From an uncultured bacterium (GTDB taxonomy: Bacteria; Hydrogenedentota; CAZGCA01; CBFDCQ01), in the NCBI GenBank assembly GCA_965603355.1, contig CBFDCQ010000008.1, positions 5,441 through 69,440 of the forward strand: DNA of 64,000 bases, in the 5' to 3' direction. The notes under the pieces are model-generated. The model saw nothing but the letters and a program-made list of their open reading frames with translations, did no database searches and was not told the origin of the DNA. Below are positions 1 through 9,748 of the stretch, in pieces. The number at the start of each line of letters is the position of its first letter. Position 1 is the first letter of the stretch. The position numbers and the translations under genes are program-made.

Positions 1-1592
1 GGGGTCATCTTGATCGGTCGGAAAGTGTCCTGGACCTTCATAGGCGGGACGGTTTGGCACCTCAATCGGCCCTTGGGCGCTGGGAGAATCGCGGCATCGT
101 TCCACGAGTTGTCGTTATAGCCGACCTTGTTCCAATGCGGCTTTTCGAGCCTGGCGTCGTACTCTTCCCCCGGTTTTATCTGGTTTGGTCCAATCGCTCC
201 GCTAGACGTTTTCCACGAGTCGTCCGTCACGAAGTGTTGCTCTGTACCGTCCTCATAGGTAACCGTCATCTGCAAGACGGCTCGGGGCCAATATCCCCAA
301 GGTCCGCCATGTTCCCATGACAAAATGTTCTGAGCGCTATACCAGCCGTTGCCCAGCATCATACCCATTGCGTTCTCGCCCGGCTTTAGCAAACTCGTGA
401 CGTCGTAGCTGCGATATAAGACCTCTTTCGAATAATCCGTCAGACCGGGTGAAAGCACTTCATCTGAAACCTTCTTGCCGTTGATGTACAGTTCGCTCCA
501 GCCTAGCCCGGAGAAGTGGACCCGCGCTTGCCGGATGTCCTTGGTCACGGCGAACTCCTTCCGCAGCAATGGCGCGGGGGCGCTGGCAGCAGCGGCCATT
601 GCGAAGAAGCGGTTGACCTTGACAACGGGAGGGAACTTCGGCGACTTCCCGGCGTCATAGACCTTGAATTCGATAATGCCGGTCGATGCTGTCTCTGTCG
701 AGTCGAATTCCAGCTTTAGTTTTGACGTGGTAATCTCTTCGAAAGTTGTCGTGTTATACTTATCTCCTTCAACGCCGAGGCCGACGGGATTTTTGACGGG
801 TACAAATGCCTTGCCGTCCCAGTAGAGAACTCGCGATGCCTTGGGAAGCCGCACGCCGCCGCGATCGTCGAACCAGTACACGTCGATACAGTCGACATTG
901 ACTGGCTTGGGCCATTCGTATTGAACCCAGTGGACGCCTCGATGAGCCCAGTTGCCGTAGGCTCCGTACTGTTTGTCGTTGGAATTAGCCGGTTTGAAGC
1001 CGTCATTGACTGCGTCAAGCGTCTCATGGCCAGATACAAATGATGTTGACGGCTTTGCAAACAGTGCGACATTGCGCCGGCCCGGCTTTGCGTCAGCCTC
1101 CTGCTGCTCGGCAGGCGGGCTGGGTGGCGCGACCCCGATCCATTGGCCCTTCCAGTCGCTTTGTTCCATGAGCCCCATTTCAAAGCGGGCCGGCCGGCTC
1201 CACGTCGATGGGCGGCCCTGGTGGTCCCAGACACGAACCTTCCAATAGCACTGCTCATCGCTTGAGAGTGGCTTTCCTCGATATTCGACGTTTACCGAGC
1301 GGTCGGAATTAACCTTGCCGCTATCCCATTTGTCGCCGACGTTTGCCTGGAGTTGTTTCTCGCTGGTGGCAACCAGGACGCGATACGCCGACTGACTCCG
1401 CCCGCGACGCAACGATTCGAGTATCCAACCGAATCTTGGTTTGAGCGTATCGATACCCAGCGGATTGACGGCGTATTCGCATGTCAATTTCACTGCCGAC
1501 ATGAGCTTCTGTCCGGGGAAAGCGCCGCCGGACTCATCGGCACAGGCGCTTCCAAGGACACATACCATCAAAGCAGCTGCTAATCTTCTCAC
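1..1592 (-). CDS. alpha-L-rhamnosidase (GH78), N-terminal part. The gene runs off the window start; a GTG start at 1592 gives MRRLAAALMVCVLGSACADE..., a signal peptide.
   Basis: Manual minus-strand translation is open from 1592 to position 1. The N-terminus KLTCEYAVNPLGIDTLKPRFGWILES matches the characteristic GH78 rhamnosidase N-terminal motif (CEY..NPLGID..PRFSW). Absent from the ORF track, probably because it is edge-truncated. Confidence 0.6.
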   Translation of the reverse strand, partial: MRRLAAALMVCVLGSACADESGGAFPGQKLMSAVKLTCEYAVNPLGIDTLKPRFGWILESLRRGRSQSAYRVLVATSEKQLQANVGDKWDSGKVNSDRSVNVEYRGKPLSSDEQCYWKVRVWDHQGRPSTWSRPARFEMGLMEQSDWKGQWIGVAPPSPPAEQQEADAKPGRRNVALFAKPSTSFVSGHETLDAVNDGFKPANSNDKQYGAYGNWAHRGVHWVQYEWPKPVNVDCIDVYWFDDRGGVRLPKASRVLYWDGKAFVPVKNPVGLGVEGDKYNTTTFEEITTSKLKLEFDSTETASTGIIEFKVYDAGKSPKFPPVVKVNRFFAMAAAASAPAPLLRKEFAVTKDIRQARVHFSGLGWSELYINGKKVSDEVLSPGLTDYSKEVLYRSYDVTSLLKPGENAMGMMLGNGWYSAQNILSWEHGGPWGYWPRAVLQMTVTYEDGTEQHFVTDDSWKTSSGAIGPNQIKPGEEYDARLEKPHWNKVGYNDNSWNDAAILPAPKGRLRCQTVPPMKVQDTFRPIKMT

Positions 1593-1728
1593 GGTCGCTT
1601 TCCCTTACGTTTGGTCAATCACTGAACATCTAACACCAGATCTTCCATATTGCGGGGTAACGGGACAGGATAAGGCCTTTGCACGAGTCAGGAGGATCGT
1701 GACCGCGAAAACTCGGCCAAGACATCCG

Positions 1729-4212
1729 TTATTCAATTACCACTTCCTGGATACCGGCCGCCCACTTGTCCTGCAGCAACACCTCGAGTTTGAGCGCCGA
1801 GGTGTGTACAGGCTCGAAAGAAACCTCGTTGAACGAGTCTTTCTCCGTCCCATATGACCCGCCATTACTCACGGGCCTGAACTCGCCGCCGTCCCGGTAA
1901 AGGATCCGCCACGATTTCGGTACGCGGCATGCCCCGCGCCCGGTGTCGTCAAACCAATACACATTGACGCTCGATACCTCGTGCTCCTTATCCCATTCGA
2001 ACATCACCCACTCCGTCGTGCCTTCGTGCGGCCAGAAATCAAGCTGCAACCCGGAAGCGTCGGCCGAGTCGACAGGCAGAATCTGATCCTTGATCGCATC
2101 AAGAGACACGTGCACAAACGATGCCGTGGTCTTGCTCAAGTATGCGAGCGTGTCCGCGGGCTTGGGGCGGGCGGCCTCGGGAACGCTGGCCAGCCAGACA
2201 GTCATATGCGCTGTTCCGCGATGGGCCCATGCATAGTAGGGGATCGCCTTGAATGGCCTGCTCGAATCAGGAATGACACGGCCATCCGTCGTCCGCTTTG
2301 CCGTCCCGGCACGACCGGCGATTGTGACCACCCCACCAAGAAGATCGTCCTCGAACTGAGCCGTCAGCCTGGCATCGTCGGGAACCACAAGATCCGACAC
2401 CTGCCCGTCATTGTCGGGACCCTCCATACAGTACACGATTGGACCGCGTTGCAGCGCGACTTTCCCTGCATTTGACGCAATGTTCGGATGCGAGACGACG
2501 CGCCTGATCGGCATGGGAAGGTCGACTTCAATCGTGTCGCCCTTCCGCCATGTGCGCGCGATCCGCGCGTAGCCTTTCTCGATCCGCAGCGGCACCTGTT
2601 CGCCATTGACCCGGATGGATACTTCATCGCCCATCTCCTTAACGAACGTATAAAGTTCACTGGGAACCGGCTGGCTCCGCGCCCAACCGGGGACCCGGAC
2701 GTTGACAACGAAGTCCCCTTCATTCTCCGGGTCAACTGTGATCTTGACGTTACCTTTCCAGGGATACGCGGTTTCTTGCCTGAGTGTCACCTTATTGTCC
2801 GCCGTATCCACGGTGACGGTGCCGCCGATAAACAGATTGACGTAGAGATCCCTGTCTTTGTGCGCGTACGCGAAGCCGGGAACCGACGGTACGAAACGGG
2901 CCACGTTGGAGGGGCAGCACGCACATCCGAACCAGGGACTCCGGGCATGCTGGCCAATCGATTCGAGCACGTTCGGATAGAAGAACGTGTCGCCCTCCAT
3001 TGAAATACCCGACAGCGCGGCGTTGTAGAGCGTGCGCTCGAGCACGTCGACGTACATGGCATCACCATGCATCAGAAACATCCGGTGGTTCCACAGGATA
3101 TTGGCGATCGAGGCACAGGTCTCGCAATACGCCGTCATGTTTGGGAGTTCGTAAGGCCCCCCGAAACCCTCGTGTCCCCCTGCCGCTCCAATGCCGCCCG
3201 TAACATACAGTTTCTTTGTGACCACGTCCTCCCAAATCGTATCGATGGCATTGACATAGCCCATGTCGCCTGTCAGCGCGGCCACGTCCGCCATCCCCGT
3301 GTATAGATAAGCGGCGCGAACACTGTGCCCGACGGCCCGCGTCTGTTCGACCACAGGGATATGGTCCTGGCCATACGTTCCGTAGAGGTCGCCGTCCCCG
3401 TCCGGCCCGCGCCGGCCTGTACGCCCTCGCTGATCCAGAAAAAACTTCGCCTGGTCGAGATACTTCTCGTCGCCCGTCACACGGTACAGCTTGCACAATC
3501 CAATCTCGATCTCCTGATGCCCCGGAGGGTCGGTCCGCCCGTCCGCGTTGAACACGCGGCAGATCAGGTCAGCATTCTTGCGGGCAATGTCAAGGAACGC
3601 CGTGTCGCCCGTAACCTGATAATGGGCGACGGCCGCCTCGTACATGTGACCCGCGCAGTACTGCTCGTGATTCCATGAAATATTCGTCCAGAGTTCCTCC
3701 GGTTTACGGTCCGGTAACGAGTAGAACGTGAAGAGGTAGCCGTCCTCCCACTGGGCGGCGGCCATGATCCGGATGAGCTGGTCCAAATGCAGCCGCATTA
3801 GCCTGTCCGGATTGACTTGCAGGGAGTAGGCGGCCCCTTCCATGACCTTGTAGACATCCGAGTCATTAAAGACAAGTCCTTCGTGTTCCCCCTGCTGAAG
3901 GCCGGCCACCTTCTCAAAATTACTGATGCGGTCCGTCTCTTCGCACTTCTCAAACGCGTAAGGGATGGTCACCCGGCTACTCGTCTCGAGCCTCGGGGAC
4001 CAGAATCCATCGTCCACATGAACCTTGTTAAAGCTCACTGGCGTGATGTTGTAATCCCGCGGCAAAATAACCGGCCCCTGATCCCCGGAACAGTAGGCCG
4101 AACAAAACAAATGGATCACAAAACTCCATGCCAAAAACGCTTTTCCTGCGTGCATCGCTTGACTCCTTTGCCCAGCACCCTGGAAACTTCCACTTAAGAA
4201 CTCATAACACAT
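1729..4212 (-). CDS. GH127 beta-L-arabinofuranosidase family protein (DUF1680), secreted, 827 aa
   Basis: The C..CETCASIANILWNHRM..GCACCPSNVARF cysteine cluster is typical of the HypBA1/GH127 zinc site. C-terminal beta-sandwich. N-terminal signal peptide MHAGKAFLAWSFVIHLFCSAYCSG. Confidence 0.8.
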   Translation of the reverse strand: MCYEFLSGSFQGAGQRSQAMHAGKAFLAWSFVIHLFCSAYCSGDQGPVILPRDYNITPVSFNKVHVDDGFWSPRLETSSRVTIPYAFEKCEETDRISNFEKVAGLQQGEHEGLVFNDSDVYKVMEGAAYSLQVNPDRLMRLHLDQLIRIMAAAQWEDGYLFTFYSLPDRKPEELWTNISWNHEQYCAGHMYEAAVAHYQVTGDTAFLDIARKNADLICRVFNADGRTDPPGHQEIEIGLCKLYRVTGDEKYLDQAKFFLDQRGRTGRRGPDGDGDLYGTYGQDHIPVVEQTRAVGHSVRAAYLYTGMADVAALTGDMGYVNAIDTIWEDVVTKKLYVTGGIGAAGGHEGFGGPYELPNMTAYCETCASIANILWNHRMFLMHGDAMYVDVLERTLYNAALSGISMEGDTFFYPNVLESIGQHARSPWFGCACCPSNVARFVPSVPGFAYAHKDRDLYVNLFIGGTVTVDTADNKVTLRQETAYPWKGNVKITVDPENEGDFVVNVRVPGWARSQPVPSELYTFVKEMGDEVSIRVNGEQVPLRIEKGYARIARTWRKGDTIEVDLPMPIRRVVSHPNIASNAGKVALQRGPIVYCMEGPDNDGQVSDLVVPDDARLTAQFEDDLLGGVVTIAGRAGTAKRTTDGRVIPDSSRPFKAIPYYAWAHRGTAHMTVWLASVPEAARPKPADTLAYLSKTTASFVHVSLDAIKDQILPVDSADASGLQLDFWPHEGTTEWVMFEWDKEHEVSSVNVYWFDDTGRGACRVPKSWRILYRDGGEFRPVSNGGSYGTEKDSFNEVSFEPVHTSALKLEVLLQDKWAAGIQEVVIE

Positions 4213-4685
4213 TCATTGTATAAAATCGAGATTTCCCATATGGACCTGCCTGCGTCAATCACTGGCAGGTCTTCATCATAGTATATGATAGAACTCGAGT
4301 TTTCAAATCCAATACTTTCTATCATAGTCCCTCTTGAAGCCATTTATGGTCCAATCGCAGCCATCGGAGGCGACCGATAGTGCTGTGCGTGCGAATTCCG
4401 GCAGACATTCCCTGTGGGACGCTCGCCGTGTTGAAAACTCGCCGTGGCGAGGAGAGTCTGTCCTCCGCAGGAGACCTTGGGGCTAATAACTCAACAAATG
4501 ACTCGTCTCGCGAATGACCGACAAAGAAGTCGAATAATCTCCCCGGACTTGGTGTATAATATCACGAGGGGAAGGAGCGGCGCGTTCGAGCTTTGCCGGT
4601 CGGTAGACCGAGGAAAGGGAGAAGAAAACGGGAATTGGGATGAAGAATAGGTGACTGTCCCCTATTTTCTACTCCGATTAAGAAC

Positions 4686-5222
4686 ATGAGAAGACGAATA
4701 CGACTGCGGCTTTGGTTTGTCGGCGCAACGGTGGTCATAGCCACCTTAGTCGTGGCACTTTTTGCCGTTCAGACACTGCGTGAGTTCCGACGGGTATACC
4801 ATGATCTATCGTATACCGAGCAACTAGACATAGATGCAAGGTTCATCAACGGACTCCAGGTGCAAGTTCTGGATTCTTTCTTCGAGCGCACCCTATCCAG
4901 GGACGACCTGCCAACGGACCAAAGAGAATGGTTGGATCAGCATGCGGACCAACGTGGTGACCTGTACTTGGTAACTAGGGTGGCGGCCCGACCCGGGTTC
5001 CAAGGGAGGTACCGCGCCGTGAGTGACCTGATAATTGAGATCGTTGAGCCAGAGACACTTAGGGGAGAACGTTACCGCATTGTCCCCGCGCGTGGATGGG
5101 TTCAGTTGCCCGGAGAGGTGTGCTACGGCCTGTTCATGGTTCAGAATTCGCGGCGGCTTGGTGTCACCTTTGACGTGACAACTCCCGTGGAACTTAGGGT
5201 TGTTGATGTAATCACTGAATAG
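4686..5222 (+). CDS. hypothetical protein with one N-terminal TM helix, 178 aa
   Basis: ORF in an AT-richer islet. Hydrophobic N-terminus; no recognisable domain. Confidence 0.35.
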   Translation: MRRRIRLRLWFVGATVVIATLVVALFAVQTLREFRRVYHDLSYTEQLDIDARFINGLQVQVLDSFFERTLSRDDLPTDQREWLDQHADQRGDLYLVTRVAARPGFQGRYRAVSDLIIEIVEPETLRGERYRIVPARGWVQLPGEVCYGLFMVQNSRRLGVTFDVTTPVELRVVDVITE

Positions 5223-5536
5223 CACCTAGTGAGCATAGTAAGTAGGGGGAAATGAGGGAACATCCATGATAAGTGATTGTCGAGGACAGAGAAGGAGGTC
5301 TCCCGTAGATTGTTCCTGCCCGATGTTGCTGTCACGGACTCACTCAGCCGCCGTAAATAGGGGAAATAGGGGGACACCACACCTATTTCTTTTACATGTA
5401 GCCACATGCAGCGATAACGTGCCGAGTCGAGACTGTTCTCCCCGCGTTCTAACGCTGGGACTCCTCCGGACAAGTGAAATCGTGCTTTCGCGAGTCGGTC
5501 ATCGCCGGGGAGTGCGGTGATGCTCGCCCTAAAGGT

Positions 5537-5563
5537 GTCATTCTGAGCGGAGCGAAGAATCTC
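5537..5563. repeat. left copy of a perfect 27-bp inverted repeat (gtcattctgagcggagcgaagaatctc) flanking the GIY-YIG gene
   Basis: Exact reverse complement of 5873-5899. Seen directly in sequence. Confidence 0.9.
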
Positions 5564-5583
5564 ATTGCTTGCAGTAGATCGAG

Positions 5584-5898
5584 ATGAAGCAGTATTACGT
5601 TTACATAATGACCAACAAGTCTGGCACTCTATACACGGGAGTAACAAACGACCTTGAGCGGCGTGTGTATCAGCACAAGCACAAACTTGTGCCCGGCTTC
5701 ACCGCCAAGTATAACATCAGCCAGCTTGTTTACTGTGAGTCAGCCCCAGATGTGCGATCTGCAATCGCGCGCGAGAAGCAGATCAAGGGATGGCTGCGGG
5801 CAAAGAAGATCACGTTGATTGAGTCCATGAATCCGACGTGGGAGGACTTGAGTGCCGAGTGGTATGATAACGGAGATTCTTCGCTCCGCTCAGAATGA
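5584..5898 (+). CDS. GIY-YIG nuclease family protein, 104 aa
   Basis: MKQYYVYIMTNKSGTLYTGVTNDLERRVYQHK is a classic GIY-YIG motif block. The stop codon TGA lies inside the right inverted repeat. Confidence 0.85.
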   Translation: MKQYYVYIMTNKSGTLYTGVTNDLERRVYQHKHKLVPGFTAKYNISQLVYCESAPDVRSAIAREKQIKGWLRAKKITLIESMNPTWEDLSAEWYDNGDSSLRSE

Positions 5899-5899
5899 C
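5873..5899. repeat. right copy of the 27-bp inverted repeat (gagattcttcgctccgctcagaatgac)
   Basis: Perfect reverse complement of 5537-5563. Encodes the C-terminal residues SSLRSE of the GIY-YIG ORF. Confidence 0.9.
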
Positions 5900-6185
5900 G
5901 TCGGGGCAGCAGACGCGAAAAAGAAGCGCCGGAGGTCAGCCCATGCCAGGTTACTTAGGTGTCGACACGTTGCGGGATTCAAATGCCGCCTCAAGTGGCC
6001 TTTCTGCGCCATGAGGCTCGGAACGCCACCTATGAGGAGCGATGAGTGAGAAAAATGCTTTATCTGACGGACTGCGAGGGGCCTATAAGCAAAAACGACA
6101 ACGCGTTTGAGCTCGCGGAACATTTTGTCCCGGAGGGCGGCAAGTTAGCTATTGTGGGGAAACTGGCGATCAGTGAGGGAAATCC

Positions 6186-7229
6186 TCAGCCGGTTGAGGT
6201 CAGTTCGGCTATGGATTCGGGATACGGCGGATAAATCACGCCCTTTTCCGTGACGAAGGCGGTTATCAACTTTGCGGGCGTCACGTCGAACGCTGGGCAG
6301 TACGCTTTGACCCCCTCGGGGGCGATAGGCTTGCCAAGCACTTGCGTGACCTCACGAGCCGCGCGTTGCTCGATAGGTATCTGGTCTCCCCTTGACAAAG
6401 AGACGTCGAACGTCGAGAGGGGAGCCGCGACGTAGAACGGTATGTCGTGAGCGTTAGCGAGAATCGCCAGCCCGTATGTGCCGATCTTGTTGGCGGTATC
6501 GCCATTAGCGGCTATTCGGTCCGCACCGACGATAACGAGGGTCACCTTGTCTTCGCGCATCACGACTGCAGCCATGTTGTCGCAGATGAGCGTCACGTCG
6601 ACTCCGGCATGCATCAACTCCCAAGTTGTCAACCGGGCTCCCTGAAGCAACGGTCTCGTCTCGCCGGCGTAAACCTTAACGTGCTTGCCTCGTTCTTGAG
6701 CGGCAAAGATCACGCCGAGCGCCGTACCGTAGTCGGCCGTGGCGAGACCGCCGGCGTTGCAGTGCGTGAGAATGCCGTCACCGTCCTCGATGAGCGCGGC
6801 GCCAAACTTGCCTATCGCGCGACACGCGACCTTGTCCTCCTCCAGGATTGCAACCGCTTCCTTCTCGAGGAGGTCTGTGACGACGCCCGGCGGTTTGTCC
6901 CTGGTCGTCGCCAAGATACCCTTCATTCTCTCCAGAGCCCAGAAAAGGTTCACGGCGGTCGGACGAGAAGAGGCAAGATAGTCGGCGATCTCGTGCACCT
7001 TGACCTCGAGCTCGTCGGCGGTCTCGCACGCCGTGTTGCGTGCTCCCACGACCACCCCGAGGGCCGCCGCTATGCCTATGGCGGGGGCGCCGCGCACCCT
7101 CAGATTCCTAATCGCCTCCCAAACCTCCTCGACCGTATCGAGGAACAGATATTTGAGTTCACCGGGCAGCAGCGTCTGGTCAACAATCCGCATCCTGCCC
7201 TCTTCCCAAGCAACCGTTGCTATCGGCAT
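6186..7229 (-). CDS. mtnA: S-methyl-5-thioribose-1-phosphate isomerase (methionine salvage; eIF-2B alpha/beta/delta family)
   Basis: Strong family blocks: [95 protein letters not shown]. Confidence 0.9.
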   Translation of the reverse strand: MPIATVAWEEGRMRIVDQTLLPGELKYLFLDTVEEVWEAIRNLRVRGAPAIGIAAALGVVVGARNTACETADELEVKVHEIADYLASSRPTAVNLFWALERMKGILATTRDKPPGVVTDLLEKEAVAILEEDKVACRAIGKFGAALIEDGDGILTHCNAGGLATADYGTALGVIFAAQERGKHVKVYAGETRPLLQGARLTTWELMHAGVDVTLICDNMAAVVMREDKVTLVIVGADRIAANGDTANKIGTYGLAILANAHDIPFYVAAPLSTFDVSLSRGDQIPIEQRAAREVTQVLGKPIAPEGVKAYCPAFDVTPAKLITAFVTEKGVIYPPYPESIAELTSTG

Positions 7230-7254
7230 ATTCCAGCACCTTTCCGCGTCATGC

Positions 7255-8139
7255 TCAGGCTCTGGGATGGTATCGAGCGTGAACCTGTTTCAGCCGGTCG
7301 TGACCGACATGTGTGTATATTTGCGTTGTTGAAATGTCGGCGTGTCCGAGCATTTCCTGCACGGCACGAAGGTCGGCGCCGCCTTCGAGCAGGTGGGTCG
7401 CAAACGAGTGACGCAACGTGTGAGGGGTTACGTTCTTCTCAATCGCCGCTCTTCCTGCGAGCTGTCTGACCAGCTTCCAAAGCCCGCGTCGCGTGAATCC
7501 ACGCCCCAGCCTCGTCAGGAAAAGCACGTCGCTCTCCGCGCCTTTTGCGCTCGCTCGTTCGTCAAGGTAGCGGAGGAGTTTCGTCTCCGCGGCGCCGCCA
7601 ACAGGGACGAGGCGTTCTTTGCCCCCTTTACCGAGACAGCGCACGTATCCCTCCCTTAGATTGAGATTGCCTATACTAAGAGCGATGATTTCCGATACAC
7701 GCAGTCCGGCGGAGTACATGAGTTCGAGCATGGCGGCATCGCGAACGCCGCGAAATGAGTCCGGGCGCGGAACCGCGATCAGCCGGTCGACCTCCGCAGG
7801 GGAGAGGACGCCGGGCAGCCGTCTCCACGTTTTCGGTGAGTCTAGATCCGCGGTCGGATCGCGTGTCGCAACCGCTTCCGACAGAAGATGCCTGTGAAAG
7901 AGCTTTATGGTGGAGAGATGTCTTGCGATAGAACGTGAGGATAATCCGCTGTCCTTCAGGTGCAGAAGGTAGTCAACGACGTCCTCCGCCATGATGTCGT
8001 TCGGCTCGTCCGCTCCGATTTGCTCGGTTACGAAGCGCAGATACCTGGAAACGTCGGAACCATAAGCCTTTGCCGTGCGGGGCGACAGACCGCGCTCAAC
8101 CGTTATGAAATCGAGGAACAATCTGCGGTATTCGCGCAC
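7255..8139 (-). CDS. tyrosine site-specific recombinase, XerC/XerD family
   Basis: C-terminal catalytic region HTLRHSFATHLLEGGADLRAVQEMLGHADISTTQIYTHV. N-terminal SAM-like domain. 294 aa. Confidence 0.85.
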   Translation of the reverse strand: MREYRRLFLDFITVERGLSPRTAKAYGSDVSRYLRFVTEQIGADEPNDIMAEDVVDYLLHLKDSGLSSRSIARHLSTIKLFHRHLLSEAVATRDPTADLDSPKTWRRLPGVLSPAEVDRLIAVPRPDSFRGVRDAAMLELMYSAGLRVSEIIALSIGNLNLREGYVRCLGKGGKERLVPVGGAAETKLLRYLDERASAKGAESDVLFLTRLGRGFTRRGLWKLVRQLAGRAAIEKNVTPHTLRHSFATHLLEGGADLRAVQEMLGHADISTTQIYTHVGHDRLKQVHARYHPRA

Positions 8140-8203
8140 GGCAGCGCACCTCTATTGAATCAGTTTCATACGGGCGAATGCAGCGGAGCCCACACCGCCC
8201 TCT

Positions 8204-9262
8204 TCAACCATCCTTGCGCACCATCGTCATCGTTTCCGAGGGGAGCCTTTCCCCGTCGGTCGTTTGCTGGAGAGACACTTTTCTCAGGTATGAGGCGGCA
8301 TCTTCCGGGGCGGTGGGATTTACATAGAATCCGGCACCCCACTCGAACCCGGTGACCTCGACAAGCCTCGGCGTTATCTCAATATGCCAGTGGTAGTACT
8401 CGTTGTCGCGTTCGCGGCAGGGCGAAGTGTGAATCATATAGTTATAAGGAGGTTCAGCGAGCGCTCTGTCGAGCCTGAGAAGCGTCTCACGCATGACGCC
8501 CGCCAAGTCGTCCACCTCTTCCCTGGTTATCTGATCGTAAGAGCTTCTGTGTTTGCGCGGCATCAGCCACACCTCGAAAGGGAACCGAGGTGCGAACGGA
8601 ACGAACGCAACAAAACGGTCGCTCATGGCGACTGTTCTGACGCCATAATTGATCTCCTCCCTGACGATATCGCAGAAGACGCACCGTTCCTTAAGGCGGA
8701 AGTAGGTTCTGGCGCCGCGCAACTCCTCAACCACACGTTTTGGGACTATGGGTGTCGCGATAAGTTGGGAATGCGGGTGGCTGAGCGATGCGCCGGCAAC
8801 CGATCCACGGTTCTTGAATATCAGGATGTAGCGGAACCGGTCGTCGCCTCTCAGGTCGAGGGACCGTTCTTTATACACCCACAGCACTTCGGCCAACTGC
8901 CTGGCGTCCATCGCCTCGGTTCGGTCGTCGTGGGACGGCGTGTCTATGATCACCTCATGTGCGCCGATGCCGTTCATCACGTCGTAGATGCCTTGACCGG
9001 CTCTATCGAGTTCGCCCTCGATCTGCAGCGCGGGGAACTTGTTTGGCACAACGCGCGTCCACCATCCTGTGGTGTTGGGCTTGCTGCCGGGTGGGCGGTA
9101 CGCGGCGATTTCCGGAGGAGTCTTGTCTTCGTTGCCGGGACAGAACGGGCACGGGCCGGTCTGGCGGTCCTGCGGGCTCGCTACCATTCTGAGCCGGCGC
9201 GCTCGTTCGGACGCGATGATGATCCATCTGTCAACGACCGGGTCTTTTCTCAGTTGGAGCAT
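8204..9262 (-). CDS. galT: galactose-1-phosphate uridylyltransferase (HIT family, class I)
   Basis: CPFCPGNE zinc motif; HPHSQ histidine-triad active site; FxxxFAPRFPFE tail. 352 aa. Confidence 0.8.
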   Translation of the reverse strand: MLQLRKDPVVDRWIIIASERARRLRMVASPQDRQTGPCPFCPGNEDKTPPEIAAYRPPGSKPNTTGWWTRVVPNKFPALQIEGELDRAGQGIYDVMNGIGAHEVIIDTPSHDDRTEAMDARQLAEVLWVYKERSLDLRGDDRFRYILIFKNRGSVAGASLSHPHSQLIATPIVPKRVVEELRGARTYFRLKERCVFCDIVREEINYGVRTVAMSDRFVAFVPFAPRFPFEVWLMPRKHRSSYDQITREEVDDLAGVMRETLLRLDRALAEPPYNYMIHTSPCRERDNEYYHWHIEITPRLVEVTGFEWGAGFYVNPTAPEDAASYLRKVSLQQTTDGERLPSETMTMVRKDG

Positions 9263-9273
9263 GCGTGGTCCAC

Positions 9274-9702
9274 CTACTGTTCACCGACGGGCCCTCTTCT
9301 CTCGATCAACTGTACGATATGGTACCCGTACATCGTCTCGACTACGTCGCTTACGTCGCCTTCCTCCAGGAACGCCACGGCCTCGCCGTACTGCTTGTCA
9401 AAGTCGTCGGTCTCGAGAAAGCCCAGGTCGCCGCCCAGCCGGGCGGTCATAGCGTCCTCTGAGTACTGCTTGGCAAGTGCGGCGAAGTCCTCTCCCGCTA
9501 CAATGCGATCGTGAATTTCCTTTATCCTCTGGAGCGCTTGCGCAGTCTTGACCGGATCGTTGCGGTCGGTCATGATGAGGATGTGGCGCGTCCGGACCTC
9601 GGGACGCCGCTGCTGGCGGACCGCTTGCCGGTGACTCATGTAGATGGATACCGCAAAGATGAGGATTACTATTCCTGCAATTATCAGATTCCTTTTCATA
9701 AT
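9274..9702 (-). CDS. parvulin-type peptidyl-prolyl cis-trans isomerase (PpiC/SurA-like) with N-terminal membrane anchor
   Basis: FAALAKQYSED..GGDLGF..GYHIV rotamase motifs. Probable start at MKRNLIIAGIVILIF (9702) rather than the longer ORF start at 9828. Confidence 0.7.
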   Translation of the reverse strand: MMKRNLIIAGIVILIFAVSIYMSHRQAVRQQRRPEVRTRHILIMTDRNDPVKTAQALQRIKEIHDRIVAGEDFAALAKQYSEDAMTARLGGDLGFLETDDFDKQYGEAVAFLEEGDVSDVVETMYGYHIVQLIERRGPVGEQ

Positions 9703-9748
9703 CGCGTCCCGTTCCTCCTCATTAAGTGAAGTTGTCCAAGAATTCCCG

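Larger units (their letters stand above)
5537..5899 (+). mobile_element. candidate small mobile or structured unit: a GIY-YIG nuclease gene bracketed by 27-bp perfect inverted repeats of the GTCATTC..GAATC hairpin-element family
   Basis: Inverted-repeat architecture plus a nuclease gene. Related solo elements occur elsewhere in the window (11930-11956; tandem degenerate copies at 42630-42745). Mobility itself is inference. Confidence 0.35.

Noticed and set aside
54-1248. Plus-strand ORFs at the window start (54..320, 475..660, 973..1248) and minus-strand ORF 716..1258
   Set aside because: An uninterrupted minus-strand frame across 1-1592 encodes a GH78 rhamnosidase N-terminus with a signal peptide and the family-specific CEY..NPLGID motif. 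The listed short ORFs are out-of-frame artefacts.
7255-8139. Xer-family recombinase as a phage or ICE integrase marking an island boundary
   Set aside because: Its size and motifs fit housekeeping XerC/XerD. The flanking genes are core metabolism (mtnA, galT), and no attachment-site repeat or tRNA is adjacent.
6447-9514. Long plus-strand ORFs (6447..7469 and 8384..9514)
   Set aside because: They are antisense to the well-supported mtnA, Xer recombinase and galT genes, and are open-frame artefacts of high GC content.
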